From an uncultured Bacteroidales bacterium (lineage in GTDB: Bacteria > Bacteroidota > Bacteroidia > Bacteroidales > F082): a stretch of 64,000 nucleotides of DNA. This document shows positions 35,251-44,145 of the stretch, piece by piece (within the stretch, counting starts at the first letter, position 1; every line of letters begins with the position of its first letter). The DNA lies in assembly GCA_937896505.1 (NCBI GenBank), contig CALBNP010000136.1, positions 11,338-75,337 on the forward strand, read 5' to 3'. A program made the translations under genes and the position numbers. Below the pieces are notes generated by a model. That model did not search any database, had not been told where the DNA came from, and saw only the letters and a list, made by a program, of their open reading frames with translations.

Positions 35251-35371
35251 CTGCTATAATTCTGAATTGATTTTAGTCAATAACGAAGGGGGCTGACGAT
35301 TCACCACTAATTCAAAAATAGATGGATTATTTATTGTTCTTGTGAAAAGAGCTAATGTGCAGTATAAATCG

Positions 35372-35379
35372 TATCTTTG
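35372..35379 (+). promoter_or_regulatory. Candidate -7 box (TATCTTTG)
   Basis: TAnnTTTG 24 nt upstream of ATG 35404. Confidence 0.45.
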
Positions 35380-35403
35380 CAGTCTAATTTAGAATGTATC
35401 TAT

Positions 35404-37032
35404 ATGAAAAAGTATTTGTTCCTTTTTGTGGCCGCTGTGCTTTCCTTCGCATCGGCCTTTGCTCAAGAAAAGACTAATGTGGCACGCGAATGTGTCTTGT
35501 TCGAAATCTTCACCGGTGTGCGCTGTCCATATTGCCCAGCCGCTGCCAACGGCATTGCCCAACTGCTTGAAGAAGGCAAAGCCATCGCTCCTGTGGCTTA
35601 TCACACCAATGCTTTCTCTACTGCTGAATACTACACAGCAGAGACGAATGCACGTGCAAGCTATTATAACATAGATGGTTATCCTACCCTGAAAGCGGAC
35701 GGCCTCCTTACCTATGCAAATGGCGGCGATGCTTCGCAAACCAATTATCCCCAATACCTGAGCCGTTACAACCAACGCATCAGCCAAGCCAGTCCTTTCA
35801 CCATCGACCTTAGCTATGAGCCTGCCGAGGGCAATCTCTGCCGTGTGAACTGCACCGTGAACAAGGTGGGCGACTGCGCTGGCAACGACGTGCGCGTGTT
35901 CATCGCTCTCACCCAATGCAACATCGACGTGAGTTGGCAAGGCATGCAAGGCCTACACCACGTTTGCCGCGATATGATTCCTACACAACTGGGAACACCT
36001 TTCACTGGAACGTCAATGACGATTAGCGAAACTTTCGAGATGAAATATCCAAAAGAAGACTGCTACCTTACCGCTTGGGTGCAGAACTATAGTGGTACCA
36101 AAGAAGTGTATCAAGCTGTACGCCTTTCTATGGTTTTAGATCTCGATTATGACCTCGTAATGAAGTCGGTGTCGCAAATGATAACCCAAAATTGCTCGGG
36201 CTATATAAATCCTATCGTGACGGTAAAATACTGTGGCAACGAGACGGTCACCACCTTCGATGTAGTTGCGTCTGTGGAAGGCCAGGAAGTGAATCGCTAT
36301 TCATGGAACGGCAGTCTCAATAAAGACGAGTCGGTTGATGTCTCTCTTCCGGAATTCAATTTCGGTCAGGCAGAGAACCTGATTTTTAGTGCTGTTATGC
36401 CTAATGGACATGAAGATGATTTTCCCGCGGACAACAGCATCTCTGTCGCCTTGGAGGAAGTGCCAGTTGTCAATGGCTATTTGAAAATACAAGTTAAGTC
36501 GGGAAAAAACAACGAAAACGAATCGATGGTGATTACTGACATGGAAACGCTCGAAGTTTTCAAAGTCATTACTTTTGAACTTCCAAGTCATGTCTATACC
36601 ACTGAAGTTATTCTGCCTAATTCTTCATGCTATCGCATAACAGCAATAGACACAGAAGGCGAAGGATGGGGCACTGGTTTCTTCCAAGTCACCGATGCTG
36701 ACAACCATGTTGTAATGCAATGCGGTGGTTCGGACAATAAATTCACCTACGAGATGTCGGTAGAAGTGGATTGCGATGGCGAACTTAACGTTGGCGAAAC
36801 CGCAGAAAAGGAATTTATGGTTTATCCTAACCCAAATAATGGTGTCTTCAGCATGGATTTGTGTGAAGGCCAATGGCAAGTGACGGTTTACGACGTGGCT
36901 GGCCGTCTGGTTTATGAAAGCGCACAATTTACCGAAGGCCAAATCGACCTGCGCCAATATGGAAACGGTGTCTATTTCGTGAAGGCGAAGAACGGTTCCG
37001 ACGAATTGGTGAAGAAGGTCGTCGTCTTGTAG
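35404..37032 (+). CDS. Secreted protein with T9SS C-terminal sorting domain
   Basis: Signal peptide MKKYLFLFVAAVLSFASAFAQ; N-terminal CPYCP thioredoxin-like motif; C-terminus FMVYPNPNNGVFSMDL...GVYFVKAKNG...KKVVVL is typical of the type A sorting domain. Confidence 0.8.
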   Translation: MKKYLFLFVAAVLSFASAFAQEKTNVARECVLFEIFTGVRCPYCPAAANGIAQLLEEGKAIAPVAYHTNAFSTAEYYTAETNARASYYNIDGYPTLKADGLLTYANGGDASQTNYPQYLSRYNQRISQASPFTIDLSYEPAEGNLCRVNCTVNKVGDCAGNDVRVFIALTQCNIDVSWQGMQGLHHVCRDMIPTQLGTPFTGTSMTISETFEMKYPKEDCYLTAWVQNYSGTKEVYQAVRLSMVLDLDYDLVMKSVSQMITQNCSGYINPIVTVKYCGNETVTTFDVVASVEGQEVNRYSWNGSLNKDESVDVSLPEFNFGQAENLIFSAVMPNGHEDDFPADNSISVALEEVPVVNGYLKIQVKSGKNNENESMVITDMETLEVFKVITFELPSHVYTTEVILPNSSCYRITAIDTEGEGWGTGFFQVTDADNHVVMQCGGSDNKFTYEMSVEVDCDGELNVGETAEKEFMVYPNPNNGVFSMDLCEGQWQVTVYDVAGRLVYESAQFTEGQIDLRQYGNGVYFVKAKNGSDELVKKVVVL

Positions 37033-37054
37033 AGACGCGCCATGGCACGTCTCT
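37031..37054 (+). terminator. Hairpin overlapping the stop of the T9SS cargo gene
   Basis: AGAGACG-CGCCATGGCA-CGTCTCT; no T-run. Confidence 0.4.
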
Positions 37055-37060
37055 GACAAA

Positions 37061-37116
37061 TAAAATGACCATGTCATTCCGAAGGGTTTTGCCCGAAAGA
37101 ATCTATGGTCATTTTA
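37061..37116. repeat. 12-bp-stem hairpin carrying the ATGTCATTCCGAAGGG motif (REP-like family)
   Basis: TAAAATGACCAT (37061-72) pairs with ATGGTCATTTTA (37105-16). The motif starts at 37071, sharing 2 nt with the stem end and extending into the loop. The right arm covers the esterase stop codon. Confidence 0.7.
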
Positions 37117-38005
37117 TTTTTTGCACGATTTCCTTGAGTGCCTGAAAACCTTGTGGAACGGGAAACAAAGGGAAGGTGTGGAACATGCCTTCGTATTCGT
37201 GGATTTCAGCCGTCTTGCCTATCTTTTTCAAGGCTTCACGAAACAGTTCGACATCCACTTTCAGGATTTCGTTGGTGCCGTAATACACACTGATGTTGTT
37301 GAGGCATTGCAAGTCGCCGAATATCGGGCTGACCCACGGATGGCTGGCGGGCAGTTCGCCACGCCACACGTCGGTAATCATCTTGATGCGGTCGAACTGG
37401 AGCATCGGGTCATTGTCTTGCAAGGCTTTCATCTCTTTCTCGTGGGCGTAGGTGAGGTCGAGGCAAGGGGAGAGGAGGGTCAATGAAGTGTGCTCTTGCC
37501 AACCGCGCTTGTGCATCTCTTGGGCTATCACTATGGCGAGGCAAGCGCCAGCCGAATCACCCATGAGGTGAATCTCATCGTAATGCAATGGCTCGACGAC
37601 GCTATGAAGATAGTCTAGCACCATCGCTACAGAGAAACTGGTGTGGTATTCGGGCGACTTCGGATAAATCGGCATCACGATGTCGGCTTTGGTGCGCAGG
37701 CCGAGGTCGTGCAGGAAACGCCAATGGAAAAACACGGGCTGGTAGATGGTGGCACCGCCGTGCAGATAGAATATCAGCTTGTGCGAGTGGTTGTCGCGCT
37801 TGAAGACCTGCATCTCGAAACCGTCGCCGGAGTGGAATTTTTCTTCCGAAAAGTAATCGCGGAACATCCGTGGCACCCTGACGGGACGTAGGTTGTCGCG
37901 GCGGCAATGCTCAAGTTCTTGCTCCACTTGCTCGGGAGTGGCATCGCGTAGGCCCTTGAACATCAAGCTAAGGTACCGCTTGGTTAATTCAATACCTGCA
38001 TTCAT
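37109..38005 (-). CDS. Alpha/beta hydrolase (family IV / HSL-like esterase)
   Basis: HGG oxyanion motif (FYLHGGA), nucleophile elbow GDSAGA. Confidence 0.85.
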   Translation of the reverse strand: MNAGIELTKRYLSLMFKGLRDATPEQVEQELEHCRRDNLRPVRVPRMFRDYFSEEKFHSGDGFEMQVFKRDNHSHKLIFYLHGGATIYQPVFFHWRFLHDLGLRTKADIVMPIYPKSPEYHTSFSVAMVLDYLHSVVEPLHYDEIHLMGDSAGACLAIVIAQEMHKRGWQEHTSLTLLSPCLDLTYAHEKEMKALQDNDPMLQFDRIKMITDVWRGELPASHPWVSPIFGDLQCLNNISVYYGTNEILKVDVELFREALKKIGKTAEIHEYEGMFHTFPLFPVPQGFQALKEIVQKIK

Positions 38006-39225
38006 TACGGTCTCTGATAGAGTTTAAGGTCGAACATCTCGGTGGCGGCCAGGATGTGGTCGAAGAGGTCGCTTTGTATCTTTTCGTATGATTCCCAATC
38101 CTTGATGCTGCTGAAAGTGTAAATCTGGATCGGCACACCAAATTCGGTTGGCTGAAGTTGTCGGACCATCATGGTCATGTTGTGGTTGAGCTTCGGGTTG
38201 TTTTTGAGGTAGGCCATCAGGTAGGCGCGATAGATGCCCAAGTTGGTCTGTTGCCGTCCGTTGATGATGCAGCTGGTGTCGATGCGGTTGGCCTTGTTGT
38301 ATTCGAGAATCTCTTCTTCGCGCTCGGCGACATAGTCGGAGATGAGGCTGTAGTGCTTGAATTTCTCCATCATCTCGGGCGTGCAGAACCGGATGGTGTT
38401 GATGTCGATGTTGATGCTGCGCGAGATGCGTCGCCCGCCCGATTCGCTCATGCCGCGCCAGTTGGTGAATGGATTCGAGACCAGCGAATAGGTCGGTATC
38501 GTGGTGATGGTGTTGTCCCAATTCTGAACCTTCACGGTGGTGAGGTTGATTTCGAGGACGTTGCCATCTGCGTTGCCCATGACAATCCAGTCGCCGATGC
38601 GGAGCATGTCGTTGACCGAGAGCTGGATGCCGCCTACAAAGCCCTTGATGGTGTCTTGGAACACGAGCATCAGCACGGCCGAAATGGTTCCTAAGCCGAT
38701 GAGTATCTTGCTGACCTTGGTGTGCAGGAGGAAGGCGACAATCAGCAAGAAACAGATGATATAAATGAAGATCTTGATGAATTGCACCAGTCCTTTGATG
38801 GGCTTGGCCTTTGAATATTGTAGCGACTCATAATAGTCTGATATTGTATTTATTACTGATATTATGATGAGTACGAAAATAATGATTTCGTATATGGTGT
38901 TCATCTTTAGGAGTGTATTTTGGGCACCCACAAAATGATGTAAGACATCAGTCGCGTAAGTTTTGATTAGTATGGCGGGGATGAGCAGACAGATGCGTAT
39001 CAATACCCTGTTTTTGATGAGTAGGTCGTCGGCTTTTGTCTTGGTTTTGGTAATGGTTTTGTAGATGAAATGGGTGATGATGAACTTGGTGAGGAAAATC
39101 AACAAGATGCTCAATACGAGGAGTGAAAGCGTTGCCAATCCTTCAGCAATGGCCAACGAGGCTTGGTTGCTGAGGTTCATGTTGTGGCCGATGTTTTTCA
39201 GTATTTCGATGTATTTCTTGATCAT
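38005..39225 (-). CDS. Mechanosensitive ion channel (MscS family)
   Basis: Start at the MIKKYIEIL Met (39225; ATGA overlap with the SUI1 stop). TM helices, then IGDWIVMGNADGNVLEINLTTVKVQNWDNTITTIPTYSL. Confidence 0.85.
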   Translation of the reverse strand: MIKKYIEILKNIGHNMNLSNQASLAIAEGLATLSLLVLSILLIFLTKFIITHFIYKTITKTKTKADDLLIKNRVLIRICLLIPAILIKTYATDVLHHFVGAQNTLLKMNTIYEIIIFVLIIISVINTISDYYESLQYSKAKPIKGLVQFIKIFIYIICFLLIVAFLLHTKVSKILIGLGTISAVLMLVFQDTIKGFVGGIQLSVNDMLRIGDWIVMGNADGNVLEINLTTVKVQNWDNTITTIPTYSLVSNPFTNWRGMSESGGRRISRSINIDINTIRFCTPEMMEKFKHYSLISDYVAEREEEILEYNKANRIDTSCIINGRQQTNLGIYRAYLMAYLKNNPKLNHNMTMMVRQLQPTEFGVPIQIYTFSSIKDWESYEKIQSDLFDHILAATEMFDLKLYQRP

Positions 39226-39563
39226 ATTCCGCTGATTTTTGTTTTTGTGTAACCTTTTTCGATAAGCATGTCGCGTATTTTCTCGCGAAAGTCGCCTTGC
39301 AGGATGATTTCGCCGTCTTTGGCGCTGCCGCCTACGCCGCAAGCGGTCTTCAGTTCCTTGCCGAGAAGGGCCAAGTCGAGGTCGGAGCCTTGAAAACCAG
39401 TGATGAGGGTGACTTTCTTTCCGGCGCGTTGTTTCTTGTCGAGCATTACGCGGAGGTTTTGCTTGGCGGGTTCGAGGGTCGCGACTTCTGCTTCGTCATA
39501 TTCGAATTGGAAGTTCGGATTGGTGGAATAGACGGTTCCGTTGTTGTCGGCTTTATTTTTCAT
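39222..39563 (-). CDS. Translation initiation factor SUI1/YciH family
   Basis: LRVMLDKKQRAGKKVTLITGF...CGVGGSAKDGEIILQGDFREKI. Confidence 0.88.
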   Translation of the reverse strand: MKNKADNNGTVYSTNPNFQFEYDEAEVATLEPAKQNLRVMLDKKQRAGKKVTLITGFQGSDLDLALLGKELKTACGVGGSAKDGEIILQGDFREKIRDMLIEKGYTKTKISGI

Positions 39564-40437
39564 TGCAGATGATGTTAAGGCTCAATGGGTTAACTTTCAG
39601 GTGGAGGTCTTTTCCCATGATGATGGATTCGCCGTCGAGGTTGATGACGTCGGCTTGTGGGCGGATGATGTTGACTTCGGGTGTCTGTATGATGTTGACT
39701 TTGGGTGCCTTGTCCATCAGACCGTTAAGCATGAAACCGCCCATGATAGGCAGCTCCAGCGGGTTGGGTTTTTCGACGATGCAGAGGTCAACCAAGCCGT
39801 CCCACAGCGAGGCCTTGGGCGAGATGGGCACGTCATAGCCCATCTGGTTCGAGTTGGCGAACGAAATGAAGAAGGCATTGACTTCGATGGTCTTGTCGGG
39901 GAGCTGAAGCGTGTAGTTCTGGCCTTTCAAGGCAAAGAAATCGCGGACGATATATTTGAAATAGGTGTCGAAACCGCGACGCTTGTCGTTGCTGTAGTCT
40001 TCGGCAACCTTGGCGTCGTAGCCGGTTCCCGCAATGCTGATGAAAGTACGGTCGTTGATGTCAACCGTGTCGATTTTGCGGATATGGCAGTTGTTGATGA
40101 CTTCAATGGCCTTAACGGGATTGAGTGGTATGTTCAGGCAGCGCGAAAGGCCGTTGCCCGAACCGCATGGGATGATAGCCAAGGCGATGTCGGTTCCGAT
40201 GAGTTTTGTGCCCACTTCGTTGATGCTGCCGTCGCCACCAGCTACCGCTACGATGTCGCATCCGCCGTCGATGGCTTCTTGCGCCAACACCTTGGAATGC
40301 CCTGCATATTCCGAAATGGCAATCTCGTAGTCGAACAATTCTTTGTTGAGATGCCCTTCAATCTGTTGGGGTAGGTTCTTCCTGTGCAGCTTGCCCGATA
40401 TTGGGTTGATGATGAAGCGAATCTTCTTCTTGCTCAT
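39553..40437 (-). CDS. Diacylglycerol/lipid kinase family protein (YegS-like)
   Basis: IRFIINPISG, VAVAGGDGSINEV, IIPCGSGNG. Confidence 0.88.
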   Translation of the reverse strand: MSKKKIRFIINPISGKLHRKNLPQQIEGHLNKELFDYEIAISEYAGHSKVLAQEAIDGGCDIVAVAGGDGSINEVGTKLIGTDIALAIIPCGSGNGLSRCLNIPLNPVKAIEVINNCHIRKIDTVDINDRTFISIAGTGYDAKVAEDYSNDKRRGFDTYFKYIVRDFFALKGQNYTLQLPDKTIEVNAFFISFANSNQMGYDVPISPKASLWDGLVDLCIVEKPNPLELPIMGGFMLNGLMDKAPKVNIIQTPEVNIIRPQADVINLDGESIIMGKDLHLKVNPLSLNIICNEK

Positions 40438-42373
40438 ATCTTAATTTGTTGTTTATCATTCTGTTGTTATACTCTTGGATGAACTGGTACAGTTTCTCGA
40501 AAATATCGTTGCATTGCAGATATTTGATGAGGTTGTTGTTGAGTTCAGGGTCGTTGTTCGGACGATAGATGCCGAATGGGGTGGTGCCGTCAGACTGAAC
40601 GAGATATTCGCCATTGAAATATTCGTAGGTCAGGTTGAAGTAGTTGACATAGGCTTGGTCGCTGAGGCTGTCGAAGAGGTTGCGGCCAAAGGAAAATAGC
40701 GTATCATTGACGTGCAGGGCCGACAAAATGGAGGGTCCAAGGTCGATTTGCTGAGCAATTTCCTTGTTGCGATGCGCGAGTATGCAGTTGGGATGGTAGA
40801 AGGCGAGTGGAATGGCTTTCGAACCCCATACGTTGTTGTATTCTGTTTGGAAATGCTCGCTGTTCGAGAAGTCCGAGGTGATGACGAACAGCGTATGGTC
40901 GAACCAATCGGTTGTGGCGGCTTTGGCGAAGAAATCCCTTAAGGCGCAGTCGGTGTAATATACGGTCTTTTCGAAGCCGGTCCAGAAATAGCTTTTATCG
41001 GGCAGCTTGAAATCCTTGGGGACTCTATATGGATGGCGCGACGACAAAGTGTAGATGGCGCTGGCAAAAGGCTCTTGGGTGTAGGTTAGCGTCCGCGCGG
41101 CATATTGAAGGAAAGGCCCGTCGTAGATGCCCCATTGCTTGTCGTAATCGCAGTCATCGTCATATTCGGTGCGCCCGTAATAGTTCTTGAACCCCGACTT
41201 GTAGGAGAAGGCATCGAAATCCATGGCGCCGTTGTTGCCGCCGTGCATGAAAATGGTCTTGTAGCCATGCTGATGCAAATGTTGGGCGAAAGCATCGAAG
41301 TCGTTGTCGGCATAGTTTGAGGTGGCGAAATCGTCGTCCATTAGGTCAGGAATGCTGGCTAAGATGGCGGGCAGTGACTGGACGGTGCGTTGTGCGTTGG
41401 CACGACCGTCGAAAGTGAGGCTTTGGCTGAGCAAAGTGTCCAAAAACGGGGTCAATGAAAAGCGGTGACTTGGGTTGTAGTATCCAATCATTTCTTGCCC
41501 GATGCCTTTCAAGATAATGAGTACCAGATTGTTAGGAACAGTGTCACAGATGGTGCTGTCGTTGATGAATCGGTTGGGACGTAGGTCGAAATGGATAGGG
41601 GAGAATGGATTGTTGTCGTAACGATGCCATTCTTCAAGCGTGAGGTCGTAGGTAAAGGCTAGACTGAATGGCGTGTTGAGAAGGATAGGCGCATTTTGCG
41701 AGTCGGCAATTTCGATTGCAGTTTCCTTGCTGATAGGCTCTTTCTGGAAACCGCCACGCATGGCGATTATTGAGAAGATAAGAGCTATTGGTAAAGAAAT
41801 CAATTGGTTGCGTTTCCATCGGGCTAAGTCTTCTTCTTTGGGTGTCTTGATGCGCGTGTGTTGCGCAACGACGATGATAAGTAGAATGAAAAGGGTGAAA
41901 AGTACAGGAATATACCAATAGTCGAAGAAGATTTGCCTCATTAAACCGCCAGTTACTTCGTCGGAATTGCGAAGGAATTCAGGCGAATGCAAGGTGAGGT
42001 GTTCGCCGATGTAATGGAAATAGACAATGTCGGCAAAGTTGAGCGCGATGGCGATGCCGTTTACGATGATGAAAAGTAAGTCAATAATCCATTGTGGGAT
42101 CTTGTTCGAGATGAATCGCGCTGGAAGACAATAATATAGGATAAGCGGCAGGTTGAGCGCAACGGTGATGACCATGTCGAAACGCATACCTGAGACATAG
42201 AGCCTCATGGCTTCGCGAAGGTCAAGGTGATGGAAGAATTGGATGTTGAAAAGATAAAGCAACCATCGGCTTATGCTGAGGGTCAAAATAATGGCTAAAA
42301 TTCTATAAACCAATAACATTGGCGGTGAAGTCAGCCATGCGGTCTTCTTCTTTTTCCTTGCGTAGTAGCTCAC
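40358..42373 (-). CDS. LTA-synthase/sulfatase-family membrane protein (phosphoglycerol-transferase-like)
   Basis: N-terminal block of ~5 TM helices, then an extracytoplasmic alkaline-phosphatase-superfamily domain (IFMHGGNNG, VITSDFSN). The 3' end overlaps the next gene by 80 nt. Confidence 0.7.
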   Translation of the reverse strand: MSYYARKKKKTAWLTSPPMLLVYRILAIILTLSISRWLLYLFNIQFFHHLDLREAMRLYVSGMRFDMVITVALNLPLILYYCLPARFISNKIPQWIIDLLFIIVNGIAIALNFADIVYFHYIGEHLTLHSPEFLRNSDEVTGGLMRQIFFDYWYIPVLFTLFILLIIVVAQHTRIKTPKEEDLARWKRNQLISLPIALIFSIIAMRGGFQKEPISKETAIEIADSQNAPILLNTPFSLAFTYDLTLEEWHRYDNNPFSPIHFDLRPNRFINDSTICDTVPNNLVLIILKGIGQEMIGYYNPSHRFSLTPFLDTLLSQSLTFDGRANAQRTVQSLPAILASIPDLMDDDFATSNYADNDFDAFAQHLHQHGYKTIFMHGGNNGAMDFDAFSYKSGFKNYYGRTEYDDDCDYDKQWGIYDGPFLQYAARTLTYTQEPFASAIYTLSSRHPYRVPKDFKLPDKSYFWTGFEKTVYYTDCALRDFFAKAATTDWFDHTLFVITSDFSNSEHFQTEYNNVWGSKAIPLAFYHPNCILAHRNKEIAQQIDLGPSILSALHVNDTLFSFGRNLFDSLSDQAYVNYFNLTYEYFNGEYLVQSDGTTPFGIYRPNNDPELNNNLIKYLQCNDIFEKLYQFIQEYNNRMINNKLRYEQEEDSLHHQPNIGQAAQEEPTPTD

Positions 42374-42415
42374 TTTGTTGTGTCAAATAATGCGGCAAAT
42401 TTAGGAAAATTTGCC

Positions 42416-42423
42416 TATTTTTG
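42416..42423 (+). promoter_or_regulatory. Candidate -7 box (TATTTTTG)
   Basis: TAnnTTTG 18 nt upstream of ATG 42442. Confidence 0.45.
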
Positions 42424-42441
42424 CGCAACAATTCTATCAAT

Positions 42442-44145
42442 ATGAAAATACGTTTTTTCAATGTCGTTCTTTTTTGCTTCTTGGCGGTCTCTTTGTCGGC
42501 TCAAGAAGCCTTCCCTAAGTATGGTAAACCTGTTGACATTCCGATTTATCTTTCGGCCACTTTTGCCGAATTGCGTCCTAACCATCTCCATTCGGGCATC
42601 GACATCAAGACGCAAGGCGTGGAAGGTAAGGCGGTGTATGCCGTGGCTGATGGTTATGTGAGTCGCATCGGGGTGTCGCCCTACGGCTATGGATTGGCTT
42701 TGTATATCACTCATTATGATGGTTTTACTTCGGTTTACGGGCATTTGCAGCGTTTCGCGCCCGAGATAGCAAAGTATGTGAAAAACTACCAGTATAGCCA
42801 TAAGACTTTCACTTCGCAGATTTATCCATCCAAAGACAAGTTCAAGGTGAAAAAAGGTGATTTGATTGCCTATTCGGGTAACTCGGGTGGCTCGGGCGGA
42901 CCGCATCTTCATTTCGAAATCCGTCACACCGAAAGCGAGAAACCTGTTAATCCTCTGTATTTTGGCTACAAGATTGCCGATGATGTGAAACCGAAAATCA
43001 TTGGCGCGGCGGTCTATCCCGTGAACGATGCCACCGTTGAAGGAAAACCGAATCCGATGTTTTTCTCTTTGACGGGCGATAACGGGAAGTATGGTTTGAA
43101 AGACAGAAATATCGTCCACGCCAACGGCGAAGTGGCTTTTGGCGTTTGTGCCTACGACCAAGTCGGGACATCAACGAATAAGAATGGCCCCTATCTTTAT
43201 GAGCTTTATCTCGATGGAACGTTGGCCTATCAGGTGGAATGCGATAGCTTCTCGTTCGACGAGCAGCGTTATGTGAACAGCCTCTTGGATTATCGCCATT
43301 ATAAGGAAAAGAAATCGAGTTATGTGCGTACTGAGGTGGATCCTTTCAACAGGATTTCGGTGATTTCGCGAAAGAACGGAATCGTTGAGGTGGCTGAAGG
43401 CGACACGGTGGCTGTCACATTCAAGATTATCGATCATGTGGGCAATGCTTCGAGGTTGAGTTTCAGCTTGGTAGGCACGGCTCCTGTCGAAGTAGAGCTT
43501 CCTTCGCATCGTCGGAGCGAGTATTTCGTGAAAGCTGACGGCTCAATGAATGCGAATATTGATATTGAAGCGTTCAGCGTGAAGACCACCAAAGGCACCT
43601 TCTTCCGCGACGAGTGGGTGCAGACGGGCCAGCGCGACCGCTCGGATTGCTGCTCGCGCATCTATCGTTTTGGCGATGAGGGTCTTGCCGTGTTCAAGAA
43701 TATCAAGGTGAGCATCACGCCTGATGAAAAGTGGAAAAAGCAAAAGGGTTTGTTTATCGCTTCTATTGGCAAAGACGGTAAGGTCTCGTCTCTTGGTGGT
43801 TCGATGACGGATGGCCGCATGGTGACCGAAACGCGCACTTTGGGCGAATATGCCATCATGGTGGATTCGGTTGCCCCAAAAGTGACGTCTTTCAATTTCA
43901 AGACGGGTCAGTCGATAAAGGAACTCAAGTCGTTGCGTTTCAAGATTTCTGACGACATGACGGGCATCGATTCCTACAATATCTACCTCAACGACGAGTG
44001 GGTGTTGGGAAAATTTGATGCCAAGAACAACCTCTTGTATTATGAGTTCGACGAGCATCTGCCCGCAGGAAACATCAATGTGAAAGTGGTGGTCAAGGAT
44101 GCCGTTGGTAACGAGAAGACCTTGAAAGCCAAGGTGGTCAATTAG
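42442..44145 (+). CDS. M23-family metallopeptidase, secreted
   Basis: ATG at 42442 (MKIRFFNVVLFCFLAVSLSAQ). HLHSGIDIKT, GNSGGSGGPHLHFEI. Confidence 0.88.
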   Translation: MKIRFFNVVLFCFLAVSLSAQEAFPKYGKPVDIPIYLSATFAELRPNHLHSGIDIKTQGVEGKAVYAVADGYVSRIGVSPYGYGLALYITHYDGFTSVYGHLQRFAPEIAKYVKNYQYSHKTFTSQIYPSKDKFKVKKGDLIAYSGNSGGSGGPHLHFEIRHTESEKPVNPLYFGYKIADDVKPKIIGAAVYPVNDATVEGKPNPMFFSLTGDNGKYGLKDRNIVHANGEVAFGVCAYDQVGTSTNKNGPYLYELYLDGTLAYQVECDSFSFDEQRYVNSLLDYRHYKEKKSSYVRTEVDPFNRISVISRKNGIVEVAEGDTVAVTFKIIDHVGNASRLSFSLVGTAPVEVELPSHRRSEYFVKADGSMNANIDIEAFSVKTTKGTFFRDEWVQTGQRDRSDCCSRIYRFGDEGLAVFKNIKVSITPDEKWKKQKGLFIASIGKDGKVSSLGGSMTDGRMVTETRTLGEYAIMVDSVAPKVTSFNFKTGQSIKELKSLRFKISDDMTGIDSYNIYLNDEWVLGKFDAKNNLLYYEFDEHLPAGNINVKVVVKDAVGNEKTLKAKVVN

